Positions 26,139 through 40,154 of a stretch of 64,000 bases of DNA are shown here, in pieces. The notes beneath the pieces are model-generated. The model was not told the origin of the DNA. It did not search any database and saw only the letters and a program-made list of their open reading frames with translations. Position 1 is the first letter of the stretch. Every line of letters starts with the position of its first letter. Source of the DNA: Vermamoeba vermiformis (lineage: Eukaryota); NCBI GenBank assembly GCA_045837725.1, contig JBEWZL010000216.1, forward strand, positions 310,001-374,000, read 5' to 3'. The position numbers were made by a program, and so were the translations under genes.

Positions 26139-29100
26139 TCACTGTCGTTTAATTTCAATTACAGTGTTGACTTTGATCCAACAGCTCGGACACGCGGAAT
26201 ATTTACACGCACAGCTGTAACAGTGCAACATGTGGTGACACGGCGAGAAGAGCGCAGTGCGGGGCAGAACATTGCACGCGAGACACATGTTGTTCGCTTC
26301 AGCTTGTTGCACGCGTCGTTCAAGTTGTTGCAGCTGTTGTTTGAGCTGCATGGACTGTTGCTGTTCAGTTTTGAGGTCATTTTGCAGCTTCTGATTGGCT
26401 GTTTGCAGCTCAAACATGCGTCGATTGAGCTCGACTTGTGAACTCGGCACTGCTGTTGTGGACAGTGCTGCTGCCCTTGCAGGCTCAGACTTGGTAATTA
26501 TACCTAGAATAGGACCGTGTCAGCGCGATAACTTCTCTTGAGAGTGGAGTCAAACATACGTGAATCAGGCCCTGGTTTGCGCGGTGAGTCAGTGCGGCCA
26601 GGTGACTTTTTGAGCCGATCAGGTGAGGTCTCGAGCACAGTGCCGTTACTGTTCGTGACCACCACTCGCTTCTCACGCACTGGTGGCGCTGGATCTACTT
26701 CATCTTTTCTGACAATATTGGCTGCACGTGGTGGAACAGTGTCGGAGTGTTTTCTGACAGCTGTTACAATTAATGGACTTGCTTGCTCGTGTGCTACTGG
26801 CGCTGATGAGGGAGTGAGGTTAGTAATACTGTTCTAAGGCTAATTGTTATTAACACGTACAAGTGTCGCCAAAGTTGATTGTAGCGCGCTTGGACCTGTG
26901 AGCCGTGGTGTCGCTGTGGTGTACATCGTAGTGCTGAGATGGAGGTCAGTACTAATGAAGATTGAGTTCAAATCACATGACGCACCTTTACCCTCTTCGC
27001 ACTGCCATTGGCTGCATCTTTTTTCGAGGTAAATTTGGGCATTTGACGCAAAAGTGCTGTTGGACTGAGATTCAGTTCAGCTGTGCGCGGTGTCTCTGTC
27101 GCATCAGACGAGCCGTTGGGTGTTGCGGGTGTGCTGTCAGGGGTGGACGGGGATTGCAGTCGTGGCCTCGGCATTTCACTGCGGTGTTTGTATCGACTGT
27201 TTTCTTTCTTAATACGCTTGTCCAACACTTCGGTGGTGAATGGACTGCCATTTATAGTAATGTAGCCCAATTTGATCGTAATTTGATGCGTGCCCATTTC
27301 ACTAGGCATGTATTTCACCTGTTTGGCCAGTTAATACTCGTCATACGATCAATGATATTCACTCACAGTATACGTGCCGTCTCCGTTGTCAATAATTAAG
27401 TGGTCCAACACAGTTTCAGTGTCATTGGCCAATCGTACAATGCGCACATCAAATATGTCTCCTCCAACAAATCGTTTGTGACCGCGCTGATCTCGCGCTT
27501 GAATGATGAATTTAGCCTCGCGATTGATGACTGGCACTGTCAAGCCCGACCCACTGGCCGTGCAAAAATCGGCGGTGGTTGTAACTGAGGTGCGTTAGAA
27601 TGTTTTCTATTGTAATGTAATGAGCTTACTGTTGCAAGTGGTTTTCTTCAAAATGAACAACATATCTTGCGTGGCTTCATCTTCAGGCAACTTTCCAAAA
27701 TTGTCTCGGACATCAGGTGATGCTCCTTCTTCGATTAAAATTCGTGCAATCTCTTCCTGTTCGGCCTCAACTGCCACGTGTAGCGGTGTCTGTCACGTGT
27801 CAGCGATCATCCTACAGAGCTAATTATAGTCCGTACCTGACCCCACTCAGAGCGCGCCATTGGATTGGCGTTCAATTGTTTGGTGAGTGCTTTGACGAGC
27901 TCTTGATGGCCCATCAATGCAGCCAAGTGCAGTGCGGTCCAACCATCTTTGTTCGGCTCATCAATGCTGAAGCCTTGGTGCACAATGAACTCAATCAGCT
28001 CTGGTCGGTTGTAATACGCAGCCATATGAAGTGCGTTCCAGCCTCTGTTGTCGCGCACTGACAATCGTGCACCTGCCTCACGCAACATTTGTGCAAATCT
28101 TACATTGCCATAAGCAGCAGCGCGGTGCATCGCTGTCATGCCGCGGTGATCTTGTTGATTGAGATTGACATTGCTCGCTCGTTTGTACTGCCGTCATCAT
28201 TAGTTTTGACTCGCGAGCCATCATAGTACTGTTTTACTCACCTTTAACAACACTCGCAGCGAATTAACGTCTTGTTTGTCGACAGCCCAATGCAGTGGTG
28301 TGTAGCCGCGCAAATCAGCCACATTTGGATCTGCACCGTGTTCGAGCAACATCTGAATATTTTCGAATCAATGTTGTTCCGCACGAAGATTCGAAATGAA
28401 TTAAAGTCGAAAATAATTGTTTTTCGGCAGGCCTCACACCAATATTATTGAATATAACGTGACTTACGATGATAATCTCTTCTTTGGCCAACAACACGGC
28501 CCAAGTCAGCGCAGTAAAGCCTTGGTCATCGACTGCATTCAACACCTCGCGCCAGAATTCATTTGTCGCCAACAATCGACCACGTGACGATGATTGACCT
28601 GATTCGGGACTCTTTGGCGTGCTGGGCGGTGAACTAATTGAATCATCACTGCGCGGTGATTTTTTGATTGAAGAAATGCTGTCAGTGATCGCTGGTACTG
28701 TCGACTGCGAGTTGCTCGTGCTGCGCTCTTCAACATTCAAATGCGGATCTGATCCATTGCGCGGTGTCACGGGGGCACCTGTCCCGTCGTTGTGCAGTTG
28801 TTTCAAATGTTGCAGCACTTCTTTGACGTGCGCAATGTCGCTCGTGCGCACTGCTTGCCACAGCTCAGTTGTCATTTGCCACTGACGATATCTAGCAAAG
28901 GTTAGTGGATCATAATCTCTGCATCCAGATCGCACAATAAATCATAAAATTTTACTATTCGTTCGGAATAATCCCGATAATAAATAACTATTGGTTGTTA
29001 TTATTAATATTAGCTCGGAAATAATGAGAAAAATCGGCGCGAAATCCGGTTAATTCGCCTCAAAGATTACGTTTTGTTTCAAAATGATTTGAAACTGTAT

Positions 29101-29156
29101 TCTTTGAGCCATTGTATTAAGTATAGTGTTCTCTGTCACTAGTACCTGTCTTCCAT
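26139..29156 (-). CDS. Ankyrin repeat + filamin-type Ig + C-terminal RING E3 ligase-like protein
   Basis: Ankyrin repeats (GFTALTWA, GWNALHMAA, GWTALHLAA); filamin repeat (FIIQARDQRG...DNGDGTYT...INGSPF); coiled coil; RING CLAC...PCHHMLHCYSC...CPSC. Confidence 0.8.
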
Positions 29157-29967
29157 GCTTTATTATTTGCGATCTATTCCGGATCTGATTTTTGCCAATC
29201 ATCAAGGCTTAAACAACCTCGTGCCCACGAATAAATTATACTAATATAGTGGCACTCTGCTATATGATTCTGAAATTTTTAATTTTAGACAGCCCGCCGA
29301 AAATATGTTTTTACTGCGGATGTCACTTGTGCACCGGGCTATATTTATAATATTTGTCGACATATATTATAAGACTTATTTACGGTACTTTCTAATAAGA
29401 CCTAAGACACGCTAAGTGTAGCTTGTAAGTATCATTGGTCATCGTAAATTAAACATGTGCTTAACCAAAATGGTTCTGGTTCAAAGTCCTCATTAATAGC
29501 AATCGGGTGTTATTGTTGCTAGCTGATGAGAAATATGTATAGAATTTCTTGGTTAAGCCATGATTCACCAAGCAAAATTCTCATCCGCCGATACAGCTTC
29601 GCCAAAAGTAGCTAAAATTTACTTCTAAAATTTCTATCTAATTATTAGCACTTACTTGTTATCCTGAAGCAAGTAGATCGAAAATAGTGGTAATTATGAA
29701 CAATCCAGAGCGTTGCAGAATGGAAATTTGGCCAAAGGTCACCAGCTCGATTTATCTTGTTGGTATCAAATAAATAATATAGAAATAGTCTTCGATCAAT
29801 CCTATTTTCTGCTCGCGGCAGAATCTCGAACGACGAGATTTTTATTTCCATTTACGGAAGTAGTCCTAGTATTCAGCGATAAACAATTAGTCCGTTGCCT
29901 AAGCGACTTCGCTTTTAATTAACAAAAATTTACAAATTTACATTCATCGCTAACACTATTGACTCGT

Positions 29968-32900
29968 TTATCTCCTTTGAGTAGTGTCAGGCAATATTTG
30001 ACCGGATGTCGACTGCGGCGTTGTGTTGTTCGTGTTCAGCGTTGGATTGCCCCAAACATTGTTAGCAGCCATGCCCGCCAAGAATCTGTTGTTGCCCGAG
30101 CGCGAGAAATTCGAAATTGAACCAGAAAGATTCGACGTGGCGTGCGAGATACCTGACGCGGGCATGGAGGAGGTCGGTGTTTGCGAGGGCAGATTGGTGT
30201 TGATCGGCGTGGTTGAGTACGGCTGTGGCGCGGGGTTGTTCGGCACATTGTTGTACTGGCGAGGCTGTGCTGGGCTATTGTAGGGTGCATTGTTGTTGGT
30301 GTTGTATTGGGGCTGAACATGAGGTTGTGCTGAGGGCTGTGGTGCGTTATTTACAAAGCGAGGGACAGTCGCATTGGGATAGTTGGGTTGAGGAGCAAAG
30401 TTGTGCGGCTGATTGACAGGTGGTGCTTGGTTCATATTGGGATTGTTCTGCTGCGGGAAATCTTGTGGTGATCGACGCAGTGGTTGTTGTGGAGGTCGTG
30501 GGGCATTGTACGTGGGCTGTGCTTGTGGTGCATTAATATTATAGACGGATTGTGCCTGCGCTTGTGGTGGCACATTATTGTAAGTTGATTGCGCTTGTGG
30601 TGGAGGGTAATTGGGCTGATAATTAGCATCTTGATGGGCTTGGCTGTTGATATTGAACGGCACTTGCGGTCGTGGCGGTTGTTTTGGTGTTCCTTGTGTG
30701 GGTGCGTTGTTGTTGTACGGTGGATTGGGTCGCGAGGGCGTGACTGGTGTTTGTGATTGGTCATTTACAATTTGATTAGAGCCTGGTGCTGGCCTGTAAG
30801 GGGTTTTACCCGGGCCTGGTCCAGGAGTGTTGTGTTGCGGTGGAGGGCGGTAAGGTGTTTTCGGTGCACCGTGTTTGGGAGGGCCTGGAGACTGAGGACC
30901 GCCGTACTTGGGTGGGGCTTTAGGTGCAGGACTCTGGGGCTGTCCGCGTGCCATAGACATTTTAGGCTGTGCTGCTGTGGCCATCATGTCAAACGGAGAT
31001 GTGCTGTTCGTCTGCGGAGTAGCGGCTACTGGCATGACAGATCTCTTCGGTGTAGCTGTACTGCTGTTTGCCATTTTAGGCATCGCTGCTCGCGCGATTT
31101 TTGAGGGAGACTTTGCTTCCATTTCCGCGTCAGTGATCTTCAAGCTGTAAGACGAGAGCAACGAGAAGGTGGTCGTGTCAATCTCGGGCACGTCGGGAAT
31201 AGGAGAGTCGACTGGATAATGCGCTATTAGATTGGACGCTGTGATGACCAAGTGATGGACTTTGCGTGCAGGTGGAGGACTCCAGACTGAGATTGACTTG
31301 ACGTGCAACACTGAGCCCTGAAGTGGCTGTTGATTCAACTTATCTAACAATTCGCGGTGTATTGTTGCCTCGGCTGTTGCAGTCGGGTCTTTGACTTCAA
31401 CAAGAGCGTCTTCGTCAATGCTTTTAACGGACTTGACGAACAGCACGAGTTCAGGGACTTTGCTTGCAAAACCACGTGTCAACACGTAGCGTAGATTGCA
31501 CTTGAGCTGATTGGCTGCCACAGGTGTTTGTTAGTTATGTTCAGTGAATATTTGAATACGAATATACGTACTTCCGTCGAACTTGTACGGGGGTAATTTG
31601 AGCGCGTACAACATTGACAGCCACGGTCCTTTGCGAAAGTCTACTTCGTCTTCGAGTCTTTTCTTCATGTCTACTGATAGTGTGTTTGGATCTTTCTTTG
31701 GACTTCGAATCAAAACTGGCGAATTGAGCAGTTTTTCCCTTAAACAGATGTTAGTACTACGCAAAACATGTCACTAGTACTTACGGATTGGGCTTTTGAG
31801 TAGACAGATCGGGTATGGCTGGTTTTCCATCTTCTGTCAGTAGCTGCGGCAGTGCACCGGCAGGACCGGGAATGATACGCTGCTTCTTCGGCTTCTTTGG
31901 TCGCTCCTCTTGATTATCTTGCTGATTATTATTGTTCTCTTCTTCAGACACCGCGCTGTTATCTGATCGAGGCTCGGGTCTGTTTTCTTGAGGACGTTCC
32001 GGGCGCAAATGATTCGTGTTATTGGTCGTCACGTGACTCGTAGTCGGTTGTTCAGCTGCTTCTTTCCTTTTAGCAGAAAAAGCATTTGCAAAGGTACCGC
32101 TGTTGGCTGTATTATTGACTGTGTCTGATAACCGAGGAGCTGGGCGTGCGGTAGGTACTTTTGGGGTGACAGTGAGTGTTGGCACGTTGCTTGAGTCGCT
32201 CACTTTCTGCCGTTTGTAGGGTGGTTCTTCGTTGCTCGTTGAATTAGACGAAGAGGACGTAATAGTGATTGCGTCACTCGCTTGTTGCAGAGTACTGCTT
32301 GTCACGGCACTCAACGGCCGCTTCACACCAATCAACGGGTTAGGGCTTTGCACAGGTGCAGGCTTATTGTGTTTGCTCGGCAGTGGTGTCGACAAGTCAA
32401 TCATGTTCATGTCAGTATCAATGTCTGATTCCGATGCAAAGCTCGTGTCAGAAGTGGTCGTCGTGACACTCGTGTTGACAGGTTGATAGGTCACGAGGGG
32501 TGCCGACAGATCCATAGTGCTCTGTTGCATGGGGACATTGTTCGGCAATACTGACGCTGCCTCGGTAACAACAGTTGTAATCTTGTTGGCTCTATTCTTT
32601 TTGATTGCTTCGAGTATTTCTTGCGTTGATTTCTTGAAATGAGAACTTTCAATGACTGGCGGCGGAGAACCTGCGACAGATCCAGAAGAAATAATTGGTG
32701 GACCTGACTCTGCTTGTGGTGAGGGTATTTGAGAATATATTATTGGTGATCTTGGTGAACTGTCAATGTTATTTTCTGCAGATTGAGGAGGAGAGGATCC
32801 AACCAACGGAGCATTTATTTGTGGTATTGTGGTTGGTGGTGTTTGAGAATTATTTTTTGCTGCATTTGCTATCGCTTCGACCTAAAAGAGGCTAATTAGC

Positions 32901-33140
32901 GATTTTTGACAATTTTTTTCATAATTATTTAGTAGAAAAATAGATGACGCGAGGTCAGTTGACATAATCGAAACTGTCGATCCAATTTCGAATAAAATTA
33001 GCTTATAGGTAATTTTTTATAATATTTACCAGACTTGTCCCTTGTCCTTGACGAACACGATTTTTCAAAGCGGCAAGGCGTGATGAATTGTCCTGGATAA
33101 GGTTAGAATTTGTTAGAATGGTTAAATAATATATTACCAT
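29968..33140 (-). CDS. HROB: HROB/MCM8IP (C17orf53, DUF4539) OB-fold homologous recombination factor
   Basis: Motifs IPGPAGALP, DFRKGPWLSM and KVPELVLFVKS...KDPTATAEATIHRELL...GSVLHVKSISVWSP, with long low-complexity flanks. The first coding exon appears to be the ATG alone. Confidence 0.8.
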
Positions 33141-33314
33141 CACGTCATTAGTGGTATTCCGTTATAAAATAAACAAACAATTAATTTTCTGGATCGCTGT
33201 TATTCCGAGAATTTTTGTGTTGTGCAGGGGTAGCGATTACCACCGAACAGATCCCGTAACTCTAATTTCATATTGACTAGTGATAGTTACAGGCAAATAC
33301 AATTGGTGATTTAT

Positions 33315-34102
33315 TTACAATGGTGGTGTTGCTGTTACAGGCGGATCCACCTTAGCCTCAAGCTGCGGTTGTTCGATGAGCTCCCGATGTAATTTACTCA
33401 ACTCTCTTAGCGCAATGACGTGGTGTATCGTTGATACAGAAGCGAGTGTCGTCAAGGTCCACGGTACAACTAGTTGCCGATCAATGTCAGATGTGGTGCT
33501 CAACTATGAGCGAGATTTTGGTACGTACCAGCAATGGCCCTTTTAGTCATTCGATAAAGCGCTCGAGTGCCCATAACTAGAACTACTGAAGAGGATGCAC
33601 CTGTGATGGAGGGGATAAGAACCGACTGTACACTTGTTATCTCAGATATGACTACGTACCAATAGCCACTTGGTGTCCTAATCTATGTCGTTCGTAAAAA
33701 GGGTCTGTCAAACATTTTCTGTCGAAAAGAGCGGATGAGCTCACGAATAATATTTTTCATTAATTTCTAAATTAACTTACGCTGCAAAATAATATGTGGC
33801 TGAGAATGCACTACCTAATATAATATATTAAATATTATTTTAATAATGCTGTGAGAAGTATTTCGACCGTCGAAACTGGATCTACTTCTTCTCACACTAA
33901 TTAACTTTAAATGCACGATAAGTTGACCAAAATAGTACCTACCCATAACAGTGCTGCGAATGGCTCCGCGAAATAATGAAACTGCCGTCAAAATGCCAAA
34001 TCCGACAGCCATAATACTTGGCGCGAATGAAGCCTCAGCAGTAGTGTCTATAATCACTACGTCATCGCGTAGTCGTTGTTCGCGACTGTTGTTGCTCCAC
34101 AT
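33315..34102 (-). CDS. Small multi-pass membrane protein (weak TMEM14-like resemblance)
   Basis: Five exons splice in frame into a short protein with several hydrophobic segments (..VLVMGTRALYRMTKRAIAVVPWTL..). Confidence 0.5.
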
Positions 34103-35396
34103 GGTCACATCCACTATAACGGGGGGGCATTTTTTTATGTTGGTCAAATTCATTCAGTGAAGCAGCACGTTCTAGGGAATCAATGTTTGGCTAGGTAATA
34201 CGTTGCTAAGTGCCTCATCGCATGGAGGGCAGTCTTAACGCCTTGGGAAAGTTTAAAATTAAACTAGGTGAATTACTTCACAAACTCTATCTCCGGTCTT
34301 GAGCTGAAAAGATTTAATTATTTATCAATCCACAGATTCTCCTTAGAAGCGATTCGCACTGCTATATAACTTCCGAAGTTAGTTCGGAACTGAAAATCGG
34401 AGGGTAGAATCCGGATTCGTCTGTCAAAACAAATTAAATTGTGTGAGCTAGCTATATTTGTCGCTAATTATATAAATGCAATGCCATTGCGTAATATCTT
34501 CGTGTCTTTTGAGATACTAGTATCTCATTTCAATTTAACTTGAAGATCAATTTCAGTACGTAAATATTGTCATCTGTTGCAAACTACATTACTGGCCAGT
34601 AATTTTATTTCGGGTCAAATCACACTAGAGCTGTCGAGCGGAGATTACCTTGGCCAAGGCAAAGAACCGGTTAATTTAATTTTTCCATTGTGCAATCCTC
34701 CTTCCTATGTTTCAGTTTCTAGTATTAATTTTGATGCTGTAAACATTGCACACAATCAATGCAAAAGAATTAGCATAATCATAAAACCACCACCGAATTG
34801 ACTTTAACGCCCGTATGAGGCTTATCGGCAATGAAGTAATGCGCGCCTTACTTCGACATATATGTGCTTCGGCAAATCGTTATTAATTAAAGAACTAAGC
34901 GTCGTTAATTAATTTTTTTAGCTCTTCTGAAATTTCGCATTTCTTGACCAAAACAGGAGCGAGATTGTTGCAGGACTGTACCAGCGAACCGCCTTTCATC
35001 AGGAATGAGATTTACTCACGATGCGGGTCATGGGATACCGCAACTACCAACAGAAACCTTTTTCGGGTCAAATCCGCCAACAGGTGAGGGGATCTGATTC
35101 TGTATACTCGACCGCTTTGCGCGTGTAGATTTGGATGAAAGAGTCGTTGATTGCTTTGCAGAATCACTGGTGTGAGCGTTAAGAACCTGTCTACTCGTCA
35201 CTCCGGAGGTTGTGTACCACTAATTAATCAAAATTTACAACGCGAAAGAAATTCAAATCTATTCTGTCTCGCAAGTGAATACCACACGAGGACAAATTCA
35301 ATTTGAATCCACAAATTAGTTTGTATAACATCGTGGTACTTCTTACTCAACCAACAGCGACTTATTCACTTTAAACTTTTCATCTATTTTCAACAA

Positions 35397-36134
35397 ATGG
35401 AAACTCAAGTCGCCGAAAAACCGCGCAATGTGTGCTGGAAGCGCCCATCAAGGTATGTACAGGTTCATATAGCTCAGTATTACAATACAAAAGAAATAGA
35501 CCGGATTTACGAAATTTTAGATTCAATTATTGAATACTGCCGTAGTTGATGATTTTCGTGATTTTCAGTTTAACAATATACCCCTCGCACATAATAACCA
35601 TAATTACTGTCTCAACTCGGTTGCGGTATTATCCCTCCAAGGCGCTAAAAAAAATCGTAAATTTTACTTTTGCCTTTTATAATAAACCGACATTTTACTG
35701 AGGGGCATTCTAAATACACGTACTTGGTGTCCTGTTGCTAATCGTGCTATAATAGGCTTACGAGCTCCAACTACGTAGAAAAAGAAGGCAGATTCAACGA
35801 CTTACTAACAGATCGCAGCTTGTATCGTCTTTTCGAAGCTTATTTGCAAACAGACTATTGTCAAGAAAATCTTTGGTTCTATCGCGATGTCAGCCAGTTC
35901 AAAAACTTGGTTGATCAAGAAGAAATGAAGACTCGCGCCGAACAAATTATTGACAACTACTTTGGTGGCAGTGAGTCAGACCAAGATCGCGTCGCTATTA
36001 TTTATATTCCCGATCATATGCTGAAGAAAATCATGGACGCAAAGGAGTCGCCTACTCCGGATATGTTCGACAGAGCCCGAAAAGACGTTGAAAGCTTACT
36101 GCAAACTAAATACGTCTACTTCTGCCAGACCTAA
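35397..36134 (+). CDS. RGS (regulator of G-protein signalling) domain protein
   Basis: LFEAYLQTDYCQENLWFYRDVSQFK...AEQIIDNYF...MFDRARKDVESLL; 2 exons. Confidence 0.9.
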
Positions 36135-36309
36135 TACCCCTGCGACTAATGTATTTTTGAAAACCCAAGCCTTTTTGTTGTAAATACTAATTTATTTGAA
36201 TAATAAATGACCAAATTCTCCAATCCACGATAGTTTAAAAATAGATTTTTACAGCCGAAACGTTCGTTGCTGTTGTATTGCTATCGATGGTACTGAAGAA
36301 GACTTCTCA

Positions 36310-39300
36310 ATGCACCCATTGTACATAGTAGGTCCCGTTGTAGGTGTTGGCTTGGTGGTGCTGGTTGTAGTGCTCATCAAGCGCGGCAGTTTGGACTTCA
36401 GAAATGATTACTACAAGTTAACAGGTAATTTTTTTGGTATTTTTAATATTAATATTATTTACTAAGGAAGATAATTTGACATTATTTCGGTCAATCAATT
36501 TATTTGAAATTCCTAACGAAATTGACTGGATCTAGCTAACTCCTCGGTATAATAGATGCACAAAAGAGAGACAAGCTAGTAAAATTCGCAGCACAAGGAG
36601 ACTATGCTAAAATGAAACGCTGCCTCCGAGCATGCAGCCCTAAACTGATCCAAGAGCTCAGTCAAGCTAACTACTTTGTGCTTGCGAGTATTGTTGCTAG
36701 GTATGATCCGTATACTATTAAATATATATTTAACTAATGCAACATAGAATTGGTGCCTTGGACTGCTTGAAATTAGTTGTCAGTTATGGTGCGGGTAAGT
36801 GGTGGATCTGCATTAAGTTTGTAACGTTACACATGCTTACAATACCACATCCTAGACCCCAACTATCATGACTCGAAGGGCGATACTCCTCTCATGTACG
36901 CGGCGAGGAATGGTCATTTAGACTGCGTGAAATATCTCGTTGAATGCGGTGTTGAAATCAACAAACTTGGTGCGTGACTTTTACATTAATATCGTGCAGC
37001 GTGTATTGATCACTATGACTAGGCAGTGGCAATTTTAGTGCACTCATGTGGGCCTCGTTGAATGGACGCGAAGATGTTGTGAAATGTAATGCATGCAAAT
37101 TTGAATCAATTGCTCCATGGCTGACATTTGAACAGATCTGCTGACCAAAGGAGCTGACTTGCACTTGACTGATGAGCGCCGAGTGACTTGTGTGCATTAC
37201 TGTTCTGTTTCAAGGTATGATTTAATAGGGTTACTATTGAATAGATTTTGTGTTATTGGCTCACAAATCGTGGCACGGTATACCCGCTTTATTGTTAATT
37301 AATCAATGGCTAGTCATCCGGAGACCCTCAAAGTGTTGATTGACCACGGTGCAGCGGTAGACCTCGAGGACATTGAAGGTACGAGCGTGATTCAACGGAC
37401 GTGCAACTCCGCGCCGTTGTTCGATTGAATTGACACTAGATCTGACAGGTGACACGCCCCTTCACTACGCAGCCAAGCAGAGCTCACGCTGCGTGTCATT
37501 GTTGCTCAAACACGGAGCTCGAATAGACGCAGTCAACAAGAAAGGTCAAACACCGCTCGACTTGGCCGTGCAGCACGGTCATCCACTCTTCGTGCACAAG
37601 TTGCTGCTGCACTCGCCAGCACAGTCACGCGACAAAATGTTGTTGCACTGCATTGACTTGTTGCTCGAAGCGACACAGACACAGACACAAGACAAGATTC
37701 GACACGTCATCGTCGCCCTGTGCGTCAAATCGTTTAATGCGAGTGAAGAAGAATCACGTGTCAAAACTGAATCAGGGCAAGAAGAATCGTTCATGAATGA
37801 GATAATGGGTCAGCTATGCAATCAATTCATCGCGCACGGTCGAGGTGTATTGTTGGAGGACAACGTTACCCTAGCAGATGACCAAATTAGGAAATTCAGA
37901 GTGCTGATGCACACGCTGGTCAATATTGGAGTGACTTTAAAGACCAATCGCATTCTGTTGAGTCACAGCAGTGAAAACATTGCTGCCATTCGCGTGAACA
38001 ACAACAACACTTCACAAGAAGACGTGGACAACACCATTGACGAGACTACACGTGGCTTGAAATGGAACTTGTATCAAGGACACATTGGCTCGCTAGACCC
38101 GCTGTGGCGCACTGTCAGTCGTACTTTGCATGCGACACACGTGACACCTAGCAACACGAATATAGTGCGCAGTAATAACGATGATCCAGCCGATGAAGTC
38201 AAGTCAGATCTGAATGCTGTCCGACACGCCGCTGTCATCATTGAAGCATTCAGTGAACTGTCCAAACTGCACGATGACATTGAGAAACAGTACGTGAACT
38301 CCCTAATATCCCAACATATTTGACACTTCTTACCACAGGTTTGTGACCTTCATCGCGCAGTGCCGAGACTCCATTAAGCATATCGTCGATGAGAATCCGT
38401 ACTTGTTGATGACGTCATTCGATTTCATACTCGAGAACTTGCAAAAGAAAGAATGGGCCACGTCATTCGGCAGTCTCGTGCACCACTTGGCCTTCGAACA
38501 GAAAAAGACATGGCTCAAGATGAAAATAGACCAAGCCAAGCAATACAAGACCTACAACAACATTGACATCAGCGTCACGCGCGGCAAGTAAGTAGTTTGA
38601 CACGTGTCAATCGAGTAACTGAGTGACTGACGTGTCATTTGCAGTATTCTGCAAGACACGTGCGGGGCTATTAGCACGATGGACGCTGAACAGTTGAAGG
38701 GCAAAGTGTGGATCAAATTCAACAACGAAGAGGGAGTGGGTGCAGGTCAGTTCAATCGCACTTAAATATCCTCGCTCTCAGAACTCAATTTGACACGTGA
38801 CAGGTGTGGTTCGCGAGTGGTTCAGACTCGTGACTGAAGAGATGTTCAATCCCGACAACGCGCTGTTCACACTCTCCGTGGAGGGCAATAGAATGCAGCC
38901 CAATTCGTACGTACCGCCGATTGATACTTTTGACACGCAATTTGACTTATTGACACCAGGCTGTCGGACATTAATCCCGATCATTTGAGCTATTTTCGCA
39001 TGATCGGTCGTGTGCTGGGCCTCGCAATCACCAACGACGAGCTGATCAATGTGCACTTCACGCGTGGTGTGTACAAACACGTGCTGAATATAAAGCCTAA
39101 TTTGGATGACCTGTACTCGGTGGATGCTACGTACCACAAGAATCTCAAGTAAGATCTCCGTGTCAATATTCCCAATAAGGCAATACTCATCACAGCACAG
39201 GTGGATACTCGACACTAACATCAGTGACATGGACCTCGATTTGACATTTTCAGTCGAAGAGAACAATTTCGGCGCGAACAACGTGATTGAACTGGTGCCC

Positions 39301-40022
39301 GGTGGTCTAAATATAGCCGTGACTGAGCTGAACAAAGACGAATACGTGCAGTTGATGGTCGAGTACCTCTTGACCAAGGGCATTCATCAACAGCTTGAGT
39401 GTCTCACTGAAGGACTCTACGAAGTTATTCCGCGCCGCTATTTGAGAGTGTTCAACGAACACGAACTTGAACTACTCATCGCTGGATTGCCTAATTTGGA
39501 TATGAGTACGTCACAGCGATCAATCTCAGCGCACGGCTAATGATATTTGCAGATGATTGGAGGGCCCACACAGTCTACACAGGCGGGTACAGTGCCACTA
39601 GTCAACAGATCACGTGGCTGTGGCGCTACATCGAGGAGTGTTCGTTCACTGAACGGACATTGCTCTTGCAATTTGTGACGGGCAGTGCTCAGACTCCCGT
39701 CGGTGGATTCGCAGCGCTGAAGGGACACGATGGACCACTGAAATTCACCGTGCTGAAGGTACGTTCAGTGAACACATTACTTAATTTGGAAATGACACTG
39801 AGTGACACTTTGACAGACTGCGTATCAGCCTGGCTGCCTGCCCACCGCTGCGACATGGTAAGTCAGAGCCCCTTATATTAACACTTAACTATAGTCCACT
39901 GATGGATCGCTATTGTTAGCTTCAATCTGCTCAAATTGCCCGAGTATCCCTCGTACGAAGAGTTGAAGGACCGCATCCAGCTGGCCACTTCACACGGCAG
40001 CTCTGGGTTTGCATTCGCGTAA
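36310..40022 (+). CDS. Ankyrin-repeat HECT E3 ubiquitin ligase (HACE1-like) with an N-terminal hydrophobic anchor
   Basis: Ankyrin repeats ([22 protein letters not shown]); HECT motifs [27 protein letters not shown] and [18 protein letters not shown]...GFAFA-stop. Confidence 0.9.
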
Positions 40023-40154
40023 TCAATCTTGTACACTACTACTTGTATATAAACCGTTGTACTATACTCTGTTTCACTGAACCTCTCGTGTAGTAATTTC
40101 TGCCGCGGTATCTTTTTGTTTGAACTTTGAGAAAATTCACGCGAACAAGTCAAG

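Noticed and set aside
29400-29960. Additional HROB 3' exons or a small separate gene
   Set aside because: The HROB frame already ends at 29968, and the downstream frames are short with no recognisable product.
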